A DNA stretch of 64,000 nucleotides from the NCBI GenBank assembly GCA_011109175.1, contig RDEW01000020.1, positions 304,514 to 368,513 of the forward strand, in the 5' to 3' direction. The DNA comes from Dicyema japonicum (taxonomy: Eukaryota; Animalia; Dicyemida). Below the pieces are notes generated by a model that was not told where the DNA came from, searched no databases, and was given only the letters and a program-made list of their open reading frames with translations. Within the stretch, counting starts at the first letter, position 1; every line of letters starts with the position of its first letter. Both the position numbers and the translations under genes were made by a program. Positions 13,292 through 28,446 of the stretch are shown here, piece by piece.

Positions 13292-14619
13292 ATCTTCCAT
13301 ATTTAACAAAAATCTTGGCTTTAATTTTATTATAATTTTTGATTTTTGAAATCTATGAGCATCTAATCTACATGTGATAACATTTTTGATAGTTTGCCTT
13401 GTGGTATTTACAAATTCATTTCCTGTAGTTTTTTTCGAATTAAGGTATAACAATCGATAATTACTGATGATTCCGTGCTTTTTTAATTTGACCAGACATG
13501 ACAAAAACCAACACATTGGTGCTTTCCATACTTTATTTGTAAAATCTGGGTTTCCGATGTCTCCCGGGAAAGGAGAGGTTATATCCTCCTGAGGAAATGA
13601 AAAAATTAAGTGTACTAGAGCTACGTCGCCAGCTCAATTTTAGACCAATATCTACGAGCGAACTAAACGGAATTAAAAAAACTGTAAAAAATCAAACTAA
13701 AAGATATCCCACAATGGTCATCAATTTTCATGTTTGTCCTAAAGAAACTCCAAAATACTCCTCTGATATATCTTTTCAGACGTCTATAGTTACAAAGGCA
13801 TATTTTTAGCAGTAAAAATTATCAGTATAGCTCTAAACTGGAAATATGCATAGGAATATGAGTTTATGGAATGTTCAACAGGTCACCAGTATTGATGATG
13901 TCCATCAAAAGAAAGCCGCGAAGGCAGTAAGTAGTGTTAATTAGAATAGTCCATAAATGTCGTTTAGGCTAGTAATACGTTCATTATAACACTCTAGCTG
14001 TGCATATTTCCTTGACTCATTTCAATAGGTTTATGTCTCATTTTGGTCGATGTAGATCTCATTTTGTTTATTGGAGTTGTATGCCAAATGAATAATACAG
14101 GAAACAAAAATCGTGAACAATATGATAATAAACACCGGTTTTATTGGAACTTACTAGTTTTGGTTATTTGTGAAACTTTTGAGATCTTCAGATCACTGAG
14201 TGAGACAATACTCCATTTGATAATTGAGAATCTTGTAAAAGTTGAGTCAACTTTTTTTCAAGGCAGTTTTTTTCCAAAAAGGAGATACATCTAATTTGGG
14301 AATTTGACTTCAGGTTATTGTTAAAGCTAAAATTAAAGATTTTTGACTCATCTCAGTTGAATTGTCAAATAGCGATCTCACTGATTTTCGAAATTACCTC
14401 CATGACTCTATGCCAGGAAACTCGACCAGAATATCTTTTTTCATTTATATGCATCCTCAATCGTTTGCACTATCTGCTTCCTTTTTTCTTACTAAAACAG
14501 AATCAATTCCGTGTTGAATCTTCTAAAAATCAGAGTAAAGGTAGAAAACGTAAGGTTTTCCAATGATTTAATTGATTTTCTTGTTCTTAAAGGAGCTAAG
14601 GGTAACCTTCAAGTGGAAC

Positions 14620-14870
14620 AAGAGTAATTAATATCCTGAATGATGGTCTTTGCGTAACGGAGAGGAGAGGTTAAATAGTAAGATGAGTGGTGAGTCTCGC
14701 GGTACTCCTGTTGACACAAGACAAGATTTTTCACTTTGTATTCTATGTCGTACGGAAAAAAATTCCATAACCACTGTTGGTGCTTGGATGATTTGAAGAG
14801 ATCTTTTTGTTAAAATGGTCCTCATAGAGAGTTGAACATCATGTGTAGAAATGTCGTTAATAGAATAGGA
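14620..14870 (-). mobile_element. LINE RT fragment
   Basis: VSTGVPRDSPLILLFN resembles GVPQGSPLSPLLFN. Confidence 0.5.
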
Positions 14871-15254
14871 GATTGATCCAGGTGTCTTATGGCCGATCAG
14901 CCAACCTTGAAACGTTTATGAAAGAATGGTCATAGGAAAACAAGTTGTGGAAAATTAGTAAACCTCAAACAGCCTTGAAAGGATACATTCTAGATAGTGT
15001 AGAAATACGGCCTCTTTTAGTTTCTTTATTTTTGTTTAATCAAGGAGTTATTCTATGATCCCACCCTAAAGACCTAAGTATTTAAATTGGATCACTGAGA
15101 TCAGGTTGATGAAGAGAGGCTATCGATCTATCCAGACCAGAAGGGGAGAGAAAATGATAGAGGAATCGCATGTGATTTTCATTACGATAAGGTTGACCAA
15201 TCGTATTACTGGGTTTACATATCGTATTGTAATTACGATAAGGTTGACCTATCG

Positions 15255-16890
15255 CATTACTGGTGATTAAAATTGATCCGTCATGCTTACAATGAAGGGA
15301 AACCACTAATTTATGTTAATTTCCGGCCGAATAAATAGAAGAAAATTAAAATTAAAAAGTGCACAAAAAGTTCAGATGGAACGGAAATATTCCGCTTTAT
15401 CATGTTCGAGTTGATTTAGAGACATTTCGATTCACGACATGTTTAGCAACCAATACATTCTGGAATTCATTTATTAACCACAAGAACTCCAAGAAATAAA
15501 GTGCTAGTACAAACTTATTAGGTGACACCGACAATGATTTCAAGACTCAACATGAATTAAACTCAATTTTGATAAATTTAATGATTATTTGTCAATTATA
15601 TGGGCGGTTAATCAAAATGAATTAAATACGGTAAATTTAGAATATAAATAGAGTTTGTTTGCTTTTTGACAATAATCGAGCGTTATCAATGAGTAATCCG
15701 ATTGTTGATGGGAAATATGAGTTCACTGGGGACATTGAGAGTTCCATAAACAAGCAAATCAACAATGAACTGACTGCTTTCTACATTTACATGAATTTGG
15801 TTGAATAATGAACTTATAGATAGAGCAATTACTTCAGCCAAGTGACTGTGAGCTACCCTGGGGCTGCAAAGTACTTTGAGAAGAAATCCGCGGAGGAGTT
15901 GGAGCATGCTAAACGATTCATGGACTACCAAATCAGAAGAGGTGGAGCTGTCTCACTAAAAAAGATTGATGTCAGTTTTATTAATGATAAATAGGGGATT
16001 CAATCCAAGTCTCTTAATATTTACGATGCCTTGATGATCGCTTATGATGCTGAACGTCAAATCACTTCAGAGATTTATAACATGTCGACTTTGGCACAGA
16101 ATAGTAATGATGTTGACGTTTACTTTGGGTTAATCTGTAGTTTGAAAATTTCATTGCTGAATTCATTAAGGAACAAATTGACGATATCTCCCAGCTGGCC
16201 AAATTGATCGCTCAATGCGGAAGATGTGAGACTGAATCGGATCGGATGTACTTCGATAGGCATCTCAGTTAATTATGGACTAATTCTCTAACCTTAACGT
16301 TACTAACATTTCTTGATTTCTCTAACTTTACTGTTGTCTTTGTTTTCAACTCACTAAACTCATATTTGAGTATCACAAAGGAAATTCAGATAAGACAAGT
16401 CATATTCTCACCAGATTTGGAAGTTTATAGTATACAAATAGACACGTTGGTAGTCCTAGTTGTCTGCAATCATTTATATTCCTAACGCTAACAAAGATTG
16501 TTTTCACAATATCTTATAATTGTCATAGTTAGTGCTAATAAAACTGTCTCTTAATAGTTTGATTTTTTAATGTTTATGTTTAAATAGAAGAGTACTCGAT
16601 GATTGTCGTTATGAGAAGTGCAATTGATATTTCATCACTTAAAGTGACATTATCGCTGTGATTATTTTTAAATATCTTTTGTAATTGGGTTAATCAAATG
16701 TCTAATGATAGAAAATTGTTTTTGTCGTTTTTACCAATATGTGGTAATTGTTGAAAAACATAGCGACTAAAGGAGTCTGAATTACCCACTCAATTATATC
16801 CTTCGAAAAATAGGTCATGAATATTCTTAAGATCTGAATAGATTAAAAATTCTTAATAACAACCAGAAATATGAGAATTTTCATTCCAAT
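15255..16890 (+). repeat. Segmental duplication, ferritin block (copy at about 37490-39095)
   Basis: Direct sequence match; almost identical across and just downstream of ferritin, more diverged at the edges. Confidence 0.95.
15689..16272 (+). CDS. FTH1: Ferritin, H-type; join(15689..15799,15824..15970,15995..16117,16141..16272)
   Basis: INKQINNELTAFYIY...SAEELEHAKRFMDYQIRRGG...AERQIT...IKEQ; ferroxidase residues present. Three introns (24, 24, 23 nt) at the usual animal ferritin positions. Confidence 0.95.
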
Positions 16891-17460
16891 GACTAAAATA
16901 GTCACGTGGAGAGGTTTTCGACAGTACTAAAACGTGTTGCTTAAAAAACTTTGTACTCGTGATTAGTGCATAACTCAATGGTTTACCTTCTTTAGATATC
17001 ATAAGTATATTAATGTGTTTCAGACAAAACATATTGCAAAAACAACTTTTCTTTGCTAAACCCTGGTATATCTCTCCATTGAGACTTATTTTCTTGGTTA
17101 TTTGCTTGTGAGATATCTTATTTTATAATCTAGAGTGAAAATAATTGGAGTGATGAATGATTTACAGCGATAGTTATTTTTTCATATCGACTTTCTTCAT
17201 TTAATCGTAAAATGATCATCGTAATATGAATCCTTTAATGAAATATGTGACATAAAAATTATAGATTAGTGTTTCGAGATAGAATTCTGTCCATTAAAAT
17301 TATACTGTATAAAGTTGTAAAAGTAATTGTTCATTATTATATTTGCTGGGGCGTTTATGTCCATTCTGAGCACGTGGTCAAACAGTTTCCATCTTGATTA
17401 AATAATGTCGATGCTTATTGGCCTCGATTGTACCACAGAGTATAATTTCTTATTTGAAAT
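16880..17460 (-). mobile_element. Possible piggyBac-like transposase remnant
   Basis: LCGTIEAN and a decayed Cys/His C-terminal-like stretch; heavily degraded. Confidence 0.3.
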
Positions 17461-17584
17461 CTTCTTGGGGAATCCTAGGCACATTAGACTAGATCATCAT
17501 GACTAAGTCATCAGTCAAAACGAATTAACTAGATCATCATGACTCTTTAATAGGGCGATTTTTGTCAATAAAGGAAAAAATTCA

Positions 17585-18830
17585 TTATTATTATTATACA
17601 CGTACACGATGCCAAGATCATGACAAAGCATGTGCAACATGAAAAGTTAACAATCTAATTAACATCCCATCTTTTTCTCCGTTGCCATGTTCCGTAGCAT
17701 ATCTAAATCATCCCCATCTTTAAGGCACTTTCCAATCCTCTGAGATCTTTATCTAGATTATCGGCACTGTTGTCCTCGCGGCCGCGCGAAACGCGAAGTC
17801 TCTAAGACAAAATACTCCTCCATTGCTATGTTGGCAGGGGTCCCCATATCGTGGCGAAGTATGTGTCCAAACAGCCTCCATCTTGAATCAGTAATATCAC
17901 ATGAAATTGGCTCAGTTCCTGTTCTCTTGTATAAAATTTCGGAAGGAAAGAGAAGGAATGCTCGATATTGATTTCTTTTAAAAGAATTCAACTTTTCGAG
18001 TTCCTGCCCTGTACATGCCCATGTATCGGCATTATATAATAGGATTGGCCTCACTAGGGCATTGTATAGTTTCATTCGAGTTTTAGGGTCAAGCCATTTA
18101 TGCAGAAGCCAGGTCTTTTTCATTTTGTTGAAAGCAACATTAGTTTGTGTCATCCTTCGTGTTATATCTTCGGTGTCACCGAGAAGGGATCCTAGTTTTT
18201 TTGATCTACGCCAGTGCTCCTCGGTCCTTTCCTCACTTTTTTTAGCTCTATGATTTCGGTTTTTTTGTGTTTACTTTTAATGACCATTCAGCCATTTTAT
18301 CAGGTATTTTCTCCAAAAGTGCAATTAACTCTTTTTGCTTTTTGAAATAAAGTCCACATCATCCGCATATGCTATTATGCTCGTTCCTTCTCCGATATGA
18401 AGCTTCAACTCTCGTAGAGCTACCTCCAGATAAATAATAAACAAAATCGGGATAATGGATATCTTTGAGAGGTACCAATTGTCGATTCAAATGTCCTCAA
18501 TAAAGCTTTCCCAGTCCTGACCATCCTAATCGTTGACCCCTCCAAGAAGTGCTCCAGTATTTGCAAAACTTGTTCCTGTTGACGGAATCAAAGGCTTTTG
18601 ACATGTCAATCCCCATAATGGTTGTCTTATTGAAATTTTTAACAGTCGCACTCTCCATTTGCGGCTCCACATAACATCTGACGTTGATCTCCCTTTGCGG
18701 AAGCCACTTTGATAAGCCGTCAGGTACGAGTCTAAGCGTCCCTCCATTCTTTGAAGCGTAATATTGACTAGTTTCTTCCGCAATGTGTTGGTTAAGACCA
18801 CTGGTATTAGGTTCAAAATTCATATGTTCT
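17585..18830 (-). mobile_element. RTE-clade LINE, RT and 3' end
   Basis: QSGFRKGRST, GIDMSKAFDSV, AYADDVDF, KLYNALVRPILLYNADTW, RWRLFGHILR; (TAA)n tail. Confidence 0.9.
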
Positions 18831-19090
18831 TTAAAATTGTTTAAACTTATAAAAATGTAATTTTTAATCAAAATATAATAATATTTCTCTCAATGACTTT
18901 TCCATTGAGAGACATAAGCTATGGATTTACACCACCAGAGAATTTCTTCCGAAAATTCACGTAATCTTTCCTCAGACACCACCGGACTATTCGAGACGTC
19001 TGCTATCAGTACATCGTCCAGGTAAATAATCAATTTTTATTTTAAAAATTTGAAATTTTCTTGTTGCCCTAATAAGCTAATCAGTTAAAC

Positions 19091-20979
<1,889 letters not shown>

Positions 20980-21189
20980 AGTTAAACTAATCAAAAAATA
21001 ATTTAAATCAAAAGTATAAAGTCAAAAAAATCAACATTTGATTTTTATGTGAATAAAGTCAAAATTTTTATTTTTTATTTTTTTGAGTTTTTGAATAAAA
21101 TTCTAACTGTTATTTCCCAACTCTTTCTGACACCACACGTAGAAAACATTTTATTGAAATGCGAGAAATTGAACGTATTGAAAAGTTTA

Positions 21190-21580
21190 TCGGGAATATG
21201 GAAGAGTGGTACTCAGCCCGGTTCTGTTGAACTTGTACAAACAGTACATCGAGCCATGTTTCTCATATGCATGCGCCTCGTGGAGACAATCCATATCTTG
21301 GACAAATATGAGGAACATTGAGGAAATGCAAAAGAAAGTTTACAGAGTAACGGAGCGTTAAATTGTGAAGATCACCGAACCGGACCTGCGCCTCTGGAAC
21401 CCTTATGAGACTACTCCAAATCACGGGAATATGGCCTGAAAATTCAGGCAGCCGTCCTCACGTTTATCGCGGGCACGAGGGAAAAACACCGACATAGATA
21501 AGGTCTCTGTTAGATGCATCGGGATCACGTGATAAATAGTTTGGTTTACGGTTGTCTTGGCTTGTTAAATAAATAAATTG
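21190..21580 (+). mobile_element. Ingi-like LINE 3' fragment
   Basis: Cys-knuckle-like remnants; ends GIT* with short UTR and TAAA repeats. Confidence 0.5.
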
Positions 21581-22489
21581 TTATTCCAGGTTCAATCAGA
21601 AAGGTCATTGAAAAGGTAAAGAAGTTATTATAAAATATCCTCGAGAATTTTCTATCAACAGTTTTTTTATTGATTTTGCGTATAAGAATCACTTCAACTA
21701 GCAGATTTTATCTTGAGCCTCTGTAAAAATATCAGATTTTCTCATTTCATCTACCAACTCTAGGATATATAAAGTCACTAAGTCGAATATGATTTCCTTA
21801 CAAATTTGAACCGTAAAGTTTACAAAAACTTGTTTGAAGGTATTGAAATATTCTTACATCTCCTACGCTTCCCAAAACACGTAGAAAATATATTTCGCCG
21901 TAAAAAAACGCTATGTGGTCATTTGCACACTTTTTTCCTTAATAAAATATTTCAATTTTCGTAGAGTCAAAAATGGTCAAAACATTGAAATTTAAAAGTT
22001 AAAAAATCGCCGTACTCATTAGAATATTTAGCTGCAGAACGCGAAAAATACAAAATGTTTTATATTCAGTAAGATTTTGCTGCATCACCAAAAGTAAATG
22101 TTTCAGAATAATTATTATAGAAGTTATTCGGATCATACAACATACTTTTGTGGAGTATAACTAATCTCATTATTCTACACGTGCTGTTTGGCATTTCATA
22201 TCATCAATAAAGATACCAAATGGACGAATGCTTTAAGAACCACTATGTATGTGGATTTTGAGGCTTGAATAAGAGGTCTTCCTATTTGTATTCAATACTG
22301 TCTTAATTCCGTCTCTAATAGATGCGAAAGTTAGTTCATTTAAAAATAATCGAAACATATCTTTGTTTGAAAATACGATGAGTGCAGCCACCAATTTGAT
22401 TTAAGAAAAATCTAAGCGAAGAACCCATAGTTGAGGAGAACGGTTTGATAGAAGACAAATACACAGAACAAAATTGGCAGCAAATACGC

Positions 22490-22603
22490 ATTATCATTTT
22501 CACGAGAGCCATAATATTTATAGCTCCGCATGGGCAAAACAAACACTTTATTTAAGTAAAGAACAGTTAATTCTAACTAATCGTAGAACCAAGGAATGAT
22601 TCA
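22490..22603 (-). mobile_element. 3' part of the tRNA-SINE family
   Basis: Matches 8320-8421. Confidence 0.8.
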
Positions 22604-23699
22604 CTCCGAGTGAATTTCCTCAAGACAAATAAACATATTACAAACGAAGGAACCCATTACATGGTGGAGAAACTTATCAAGAGTCGAAAGGATATGTTCA
22701 CAATTACGAAGGAACCCATTATACTGTGGAGAAGCATATCACAAGTCGGAAGGATTATATACAATTACGAAGAAACCTATTGAAAGCGCAGTAGACGAAG
22801 GGTCAAAATCTCTGGATATTCTCCAAGTTGGAACTGCTACCCACAACAATTGAATCTTTACATTCAAATCCGGAACTTTGTCATCGTGCGGACTTTGTTC
22901 CCTACAGGACCTGAAACTATCGTAGATGTACATACTAGAGTTGGGACCTACCGGGAGGTACCCATACCAAATGTTCCCTACATTCGAATTGGGTTCTACG
23001 CAAGACTTTGTTAACCACACTATTGGTCCCTAGAAGGCGGCTTGGGACTACTGTGGAAAAAACATACTAGTAAAGAGACCTACTAAGGGAGAACTAACTG
23101 GAGATGGGCTTACTAGCTTTGTACCTACTACGCTCTGGAGATAAGGGCAAGATTCATGGGATCCAACATTAAAACGAAATTCAACCAACGATAGAAGATA
23201 ACTAAATGGAGTGTGGATACATCAGAAGTGCGCAGGCCGCATAGGCGAACACGTATAAATATCCTAAAAATAACTCCTTACTTACTTTGGAATAAATTTG
23301 GTTTTCGGTTTTAATTAAGCGGATGTTGATCCAGATTGTTGGTAATCCTTCCTCTTCTCTTAGAAGCAGAGTGTGCCATAAACTCCCTGTTACTCCCATC
23401 AGATTCAGTCGAAATATCTCCGTTAGAGTCCAATGGGCTATTCTCACTGCACGCCAGTTCCACAAGTGGTGAGGTACCAGATGCGTACTCTTCATCGAAT
23501 ACATTTATCCCATGTTTATGTTCAATGAGCATACATTCGAGCGTTCTCTTCAGCACAACCGACATAGTTTAATACTTTCTTTTATATTTTAAATTTTATT
23601 ATGAATTTGAATCACTTAATTCAACCTTATCAGTTTAATGTAATAAGATATAAATATCTCAATAATATGGCATTACCTAAATATTTTCCGAGCGGCTAT

Positions 23700-25720
23700 A
23701 TGACGAGGTGGTGCCACTGGTGAAAAAAGTGGTGCCACTGGTGCTACAAGACGAAGAAATATACTACGAGTTTGAGAAACATACTTCAGGCCTAATGGAG
23801 ATGTGTTGAAAGATGCTTTGTTTGTTCTGATTCACATAGAAGATCGCAGTGTCCAGTTAAAAACAATAATAAGTTTTTTGAATTGTGGTCAACACAGAGA
23901 ATAGAGTGGTGCTCTTAAGAAGAGAGGGCAGCCACCGAAAAAACCAGAAGTAGTCAGGATAACCCTGATTAATGCCCGTTCTCTTCGGAAACGGGCCTCA
24001 GTGCTGGTTGCTATAGCTAGCACGATCCAGATGGAAGTTCTAATTATAAACGCAACTAAATTGAAGCACATGGATTGGATTTAGCATCTGAAATTGATGA
24101 CGAATACGAAAGAAAAACAAGAAGAATCGGTGATTTATTACATTGCTTGTGGAAACTCGCATTGTATTTGGGGCTTTTTACGGAGAAATGACATACGGTG
24201 TCTCATGAGAGTGCCCCGATATAGAAGACCCCAAATCTTGGCTTTCCTCTTTAGTTAATGGCTCTTACCTTGTTTAGTTAGTTGGGGTTTTGCGAATAAA
24301 TCATGTTATCTGTTATCTATCCGTGGTCCCACTAATGAATAGGTGGAGCCACTGCTACTACAAGACGAAGAAATATACTACGAGTTTGAGAAACATAACA
24401 GTCTGTCATTTGACTTGTGAGTGGTGCCACTGGTGCAACAAGACGAAGAAATATACTACAAGTTTGAAAAACATACCAGTCTGTCATTTGACTTGTGAGT
24501 GGTGCCACTGGTGCAACAAGACGAAGAAATATACTACCAGTTTGAGAAACATACTTCAGGCCTAATGGAGATGTGTTGAAAGATGCTTTTTGTTCTGATT
24601 CACATAGAAGATCGCAGTGTCCGGTTACAAACAATAATAAGTCCTTTGAATTGTGGTTCATCCATCGACTTTGCCAATTATGGAAGATGTCCCAAGGCTG
24701 TTGAAGCTAACATAGCGAAGAAAAACAAAATTGAGCAAAAAGGAAAGAATCGAATGAAAAATTATCTCTAAAACGAGAAAATGCCCATAATGGAGAAAGT
24801 GAAGTTTCCAAAATTGGAACGAATAAGAAATTAAAACTGGCTGGAATAGGACATATAGTAAGAAACATTCTAAAAAAGAAACAGTAGAAGCTTCAATACA
24901 GAGAAGAGAGGGCAGCCACCGAAAAAAAACCAGAAGTAGTCAGGATAACCCTGATTAATGCCCGTTCTCTTTGGAAACGGGCCTCAGTGCTGGTTGCTAT
25001 AGCCAGCACGATCCAGATGGAAGTTCTAATTATAAACGAAACTAAATTATGGAAGATGCGCCAAGGCTGTTGAAGCTAACATTGCGAAGAAAAACAAAAT
25101 TGACCAAAAAAGGAAAGAATCGAATGGAAAATTATTTCTAAAACGAGAAAATGCCCATAATGGAGAAAGTGAAGTTTCCAAAATTGGAACGAATAAGATA
25201 TTAAAGTCAGAGTTTAGAATGTATAGGCAGACTGGCTGGAATACGACATATAATAAGAAACCTTCTAAAAAAGAAACAATAGAAGCTTCAACACAGAGAA
25301 GAGAGTGGTGCTCTTAAGAAGAGAGGGCTGCCACCGAAAAAACCAGAAGTAGTCAGGATAACCCTGATTAATGCCCGTTCTCTTCGAAAACGGGCCTCAG
25401 TGCTGGTTGCTATAGCCAGCACGATCCAGATGGAAGTTCTAATTATAAACGCAACTAAATTGAAGCACATGGATTGGATTTAGCATCTGAAATTGATGAC
25501 GAATACGAAAGAAAAACAAGAAGAATCGGTGATTTATTACATTGCTTGTGGAAACTCGCATTGTAATTGGGGCTTTTTACGGAGAAGAGACATACGGTGT
25601 CTCATGAGAGGGCCCCGATATAGTCGACCCCAAATCTTGGCTTTCCTCTTCAGTTAATGGCTCTTACCTTGTTTAGTTAGTTGGGGTTTTGCGAATAAAT
25701 CATGTTATCTGTTATCTTAT
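23700..25720. repeat. Mosaic of nested direct repeats including a 78-bp tandem unit
   Basis: 23890-24317 matches 25290-25717; 24677-24890 matches 25027-25290; 78-bp units start at 24343, 24421 and 24499. Confidence 0.9.
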
Positions 25721-25899
25721 CCGAATTTGCTATAAAGTAGCTTTATATCTCGTTTCTTTTCCTTGGGGATTTAACATCTCTACTTTATTCCGGGATTTTA
25801 CTTTTCTATTTTCCTTGGGGATTTAACTTCTCTATTTTGTTTCTCTTGAGACAAAAGTGGTTGTTAATGTTTTCAAGTGATAAATTTGCCCTTTTAACC

Positions 25900-26677
25900 C
25901 GGACAGTATCAACGTCCCGGGTTCTTATGACATACGACAGTTATTGTTGGGCATTGTCCTTTTATCTGTGACCTTGTTTTGACCTCCAAAAATATTGGGT
26001 TGTGGTCACTCCTAGTGTCATACTTCACTGACCAGTCAATAGTGGGGCCAAGGACGGTGATGACAATGAGATGTCGATAAAAAAAGTTTATCATTACGTC
26101 GAGTAGGTGTTCTTGTATGAGATGCAGGATCGTTGAGTATACATAGGCTGTGGAGGTCCTCAATTATCATCGACCCTCTTTTGTCGTAGGTTTGTCCTGT
26201 CAGCCACAGTAGGTGCTTCGCATTGAAGTCACCACAGATAATCACATCCTTTAGTGACACGAGAGGAGTGAGTCTGGGGGCACTGGACGAGCAGGAACTC
26301 AGTGGTGGGAGATATTATTGATGGTCTTGGGAATCGTATTTTGGTGACCAAAAGTTCGAGATTTCCATATCCTTTAAGCATAGTGTAAGCACTGTTGGTT
26401 ATGTCATCAAACGGAATGCCGTTGCGGATAACTGTGAGAAGACCCCCACCAAGTTTGCCAATTCTGTCATGGCGAATTACTGTGAATCCCGGAAATACTG
26501 GTGTTGAATTTTTTGGAGAAAGTTTAGACTCTTGAATTAGCAACAGATCAATGTGATTTTCTTTCACAAATGTCCGAAGTTCGAGTATTTTGTTCTTGAT
26601 TCCATTTATGTTCAGTTGGACTATTCTGGCTGTGCCAGGGTTTGCCTCAACGTCTCCGCAGCGGCGCAGGCCTTCCT
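25900..26677 (-). mobile_element. Ingi-like LINE 5' part: 2A-like peptide plus APE endonuclease
   Basis: GDVEANPGT, then QLNINGI, LLIQESKL, GGGLL, ICGDFNAKH, SDHNPI. Confidence 0.9.
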
Positions 26678-27124
26678 TACTGTGTGGTAGATTTGTCATA
26701 TATTAAATTGTTGAAACACAAAGATACTAAAGGAAGATTTAGTACTTTATCTTTTCTTAAAAAATTTCTAATCATTCTTGTGATCTAAATAGAATAAAAA
26801 TTCTTAATAACAACCAGAAATATGTGGATTTTCACACCAAATTCAATCAATGTAGGATTTAATAAACATTAGCTGTAAAATAGTTCATTTTAAATAGAAA
26901 GCTATAATATCAATCACCAGTCAGAATTAATAAACTATATTATCACGACACAGATCTCTGTTGTTGTTACAATTTCTCGTCACTTATTGCCAAAGAAAAA
27001 ACAAAATACAATGACGTTAAAAGGGTAGCAGAGAGTTTTCAATCTTCTGATTTTTTCCAAATCGTCTGCATAAATTCTTAATATAAATCCCACAATATCA
27101 TTGTGTCTTTAATAATAATCTTGA

Positions 27125-27268
27125 ATATATGGGTATTCAATGGACAAAATGGTGTCTATATTTCTTTTTTAGTTTTTAATGGTCTTCTAAAATTGGAATA
27201 ATTATCATAAACTTTGTGTATTATTAAAATTACTAGCAAATAACAATAGAATCCATAGCATTCACATT
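27125..27268 (-). pseudogene. 5' remnant of the secreted Cys-module/mucin gene
   Basis: Matches 41422-41563 (signal peptide exon, first intron, start of module 1); the rest is deleted. Confidence 0.75.
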
Positions 27269-28446
27269 TCAGTCACCCCCGCTTATAAATTGACTAAATC
27301 CCAGAATGTAATGATTGGCTACTTCATAATTTGGCAAATTCTTTGATCTTTCCTTAAATTTGTCGCTGTTGTTAAATTCAAAAACAAGTATTAGTATAAC
27401 TATATACCAGATGTTCTCTCAAGGGTTACTTTAATCTATTGTCTGATGGCCACGTGTATCAGAGACCATGGGAATATTCTTATTTACAAGGAAACCTCTT
27501 TGTCACATGTAGTCTCACTGTCACGTGTTAATGAAATCTTTTTTCGTTAAGGCATATTAGCCGTTCTTATCAGAAAATTGAAGGTGGCCAAAATCCTGAT
27601 TTATTTAATAACCCCCGGATAGATAAAAGTTAATTAACGTCCAATAAAGGTACATCCCGTTCAATTGTCAAATGGAATAAAGAAGAGAGATTCTTTTTGG
27701 ATGTCGGCCATATATTGGGAGTCTCCTGAGACTAATGGTTCAACCGACTCCTCTTAGGATTTGATAGAATAACAGAACAGTTTTTCGTAACTCTGTATGC
27801 TCTTTTCTTGATGGTCGGGATCTTAACAGAATTGATCCATGACATATGGGGCTCCACGAAGCGTAGGAGATTCATTTCTCGATGTAATGTTTATTAAAAT
27901 TTAAAAAAATTTGATTTATGATTGAATTTGATTGCAATTAATAAAAACATTTAATAAGTTTTGACCATTGATCCCCACCATCATAATTGAAACCGGCGCT
28001 AACAGGAAAGTAACTACCAAAGCGAACGCTCCCTGAGATCCTCAAGAATGTCGAGTTAAGAACTCTTCAATGAATTGTTTGTAAAGTATAAAGAGCGTAT
28101 CTGTAGAAGATATAGTTATTTTCCGAGAGTAGCTTCTGACAGTGAAGAACAGACAAATACAGAATAATGATCCCCAAACGAATCGTCCATGAGGAAATGT
28201 GATAGTAAATAGCTTTTCATCTTTTGAGATAGGTAATTGTAAGAGGAGTCTGAAGTTGCAAGGTGGTGGTGATAATATTTTCATAGATTAATAGAATTGG
28301 TTGTAAAGTGGCAAAAAAGTGGAAATTTGACTTGTGCTATAGAACTCAAATTCATCATAAATGGAATTAAACAAGTGCTATAGATATCCACAACCTAAAC
28401 CAGTAACTGATTAAAAATTCAACGCCAAAAAATAACCCCAAAATTG

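Noticed and set aside
13480-14600. Possible piggyBac remnant
   Set aside because: Motifs too degraded to support a call.
15686-15931. Duplicated minus-strand ORF (also 37788-38132)
   Set aside because: Antisense to the spliced ferritin gene.
23311-23313. Stop-codon reassignment (TAA/TAG read as sense)
   Set aside because: Intact genes end in TAA or TGA and have no internal stops after splicing; isolated stops fit pseudogenisation or error.
24343-24560. CRISPR-like array
   Set aside because: Units repeat in full with no unique spacers; eukaryotic context; no cas genes.
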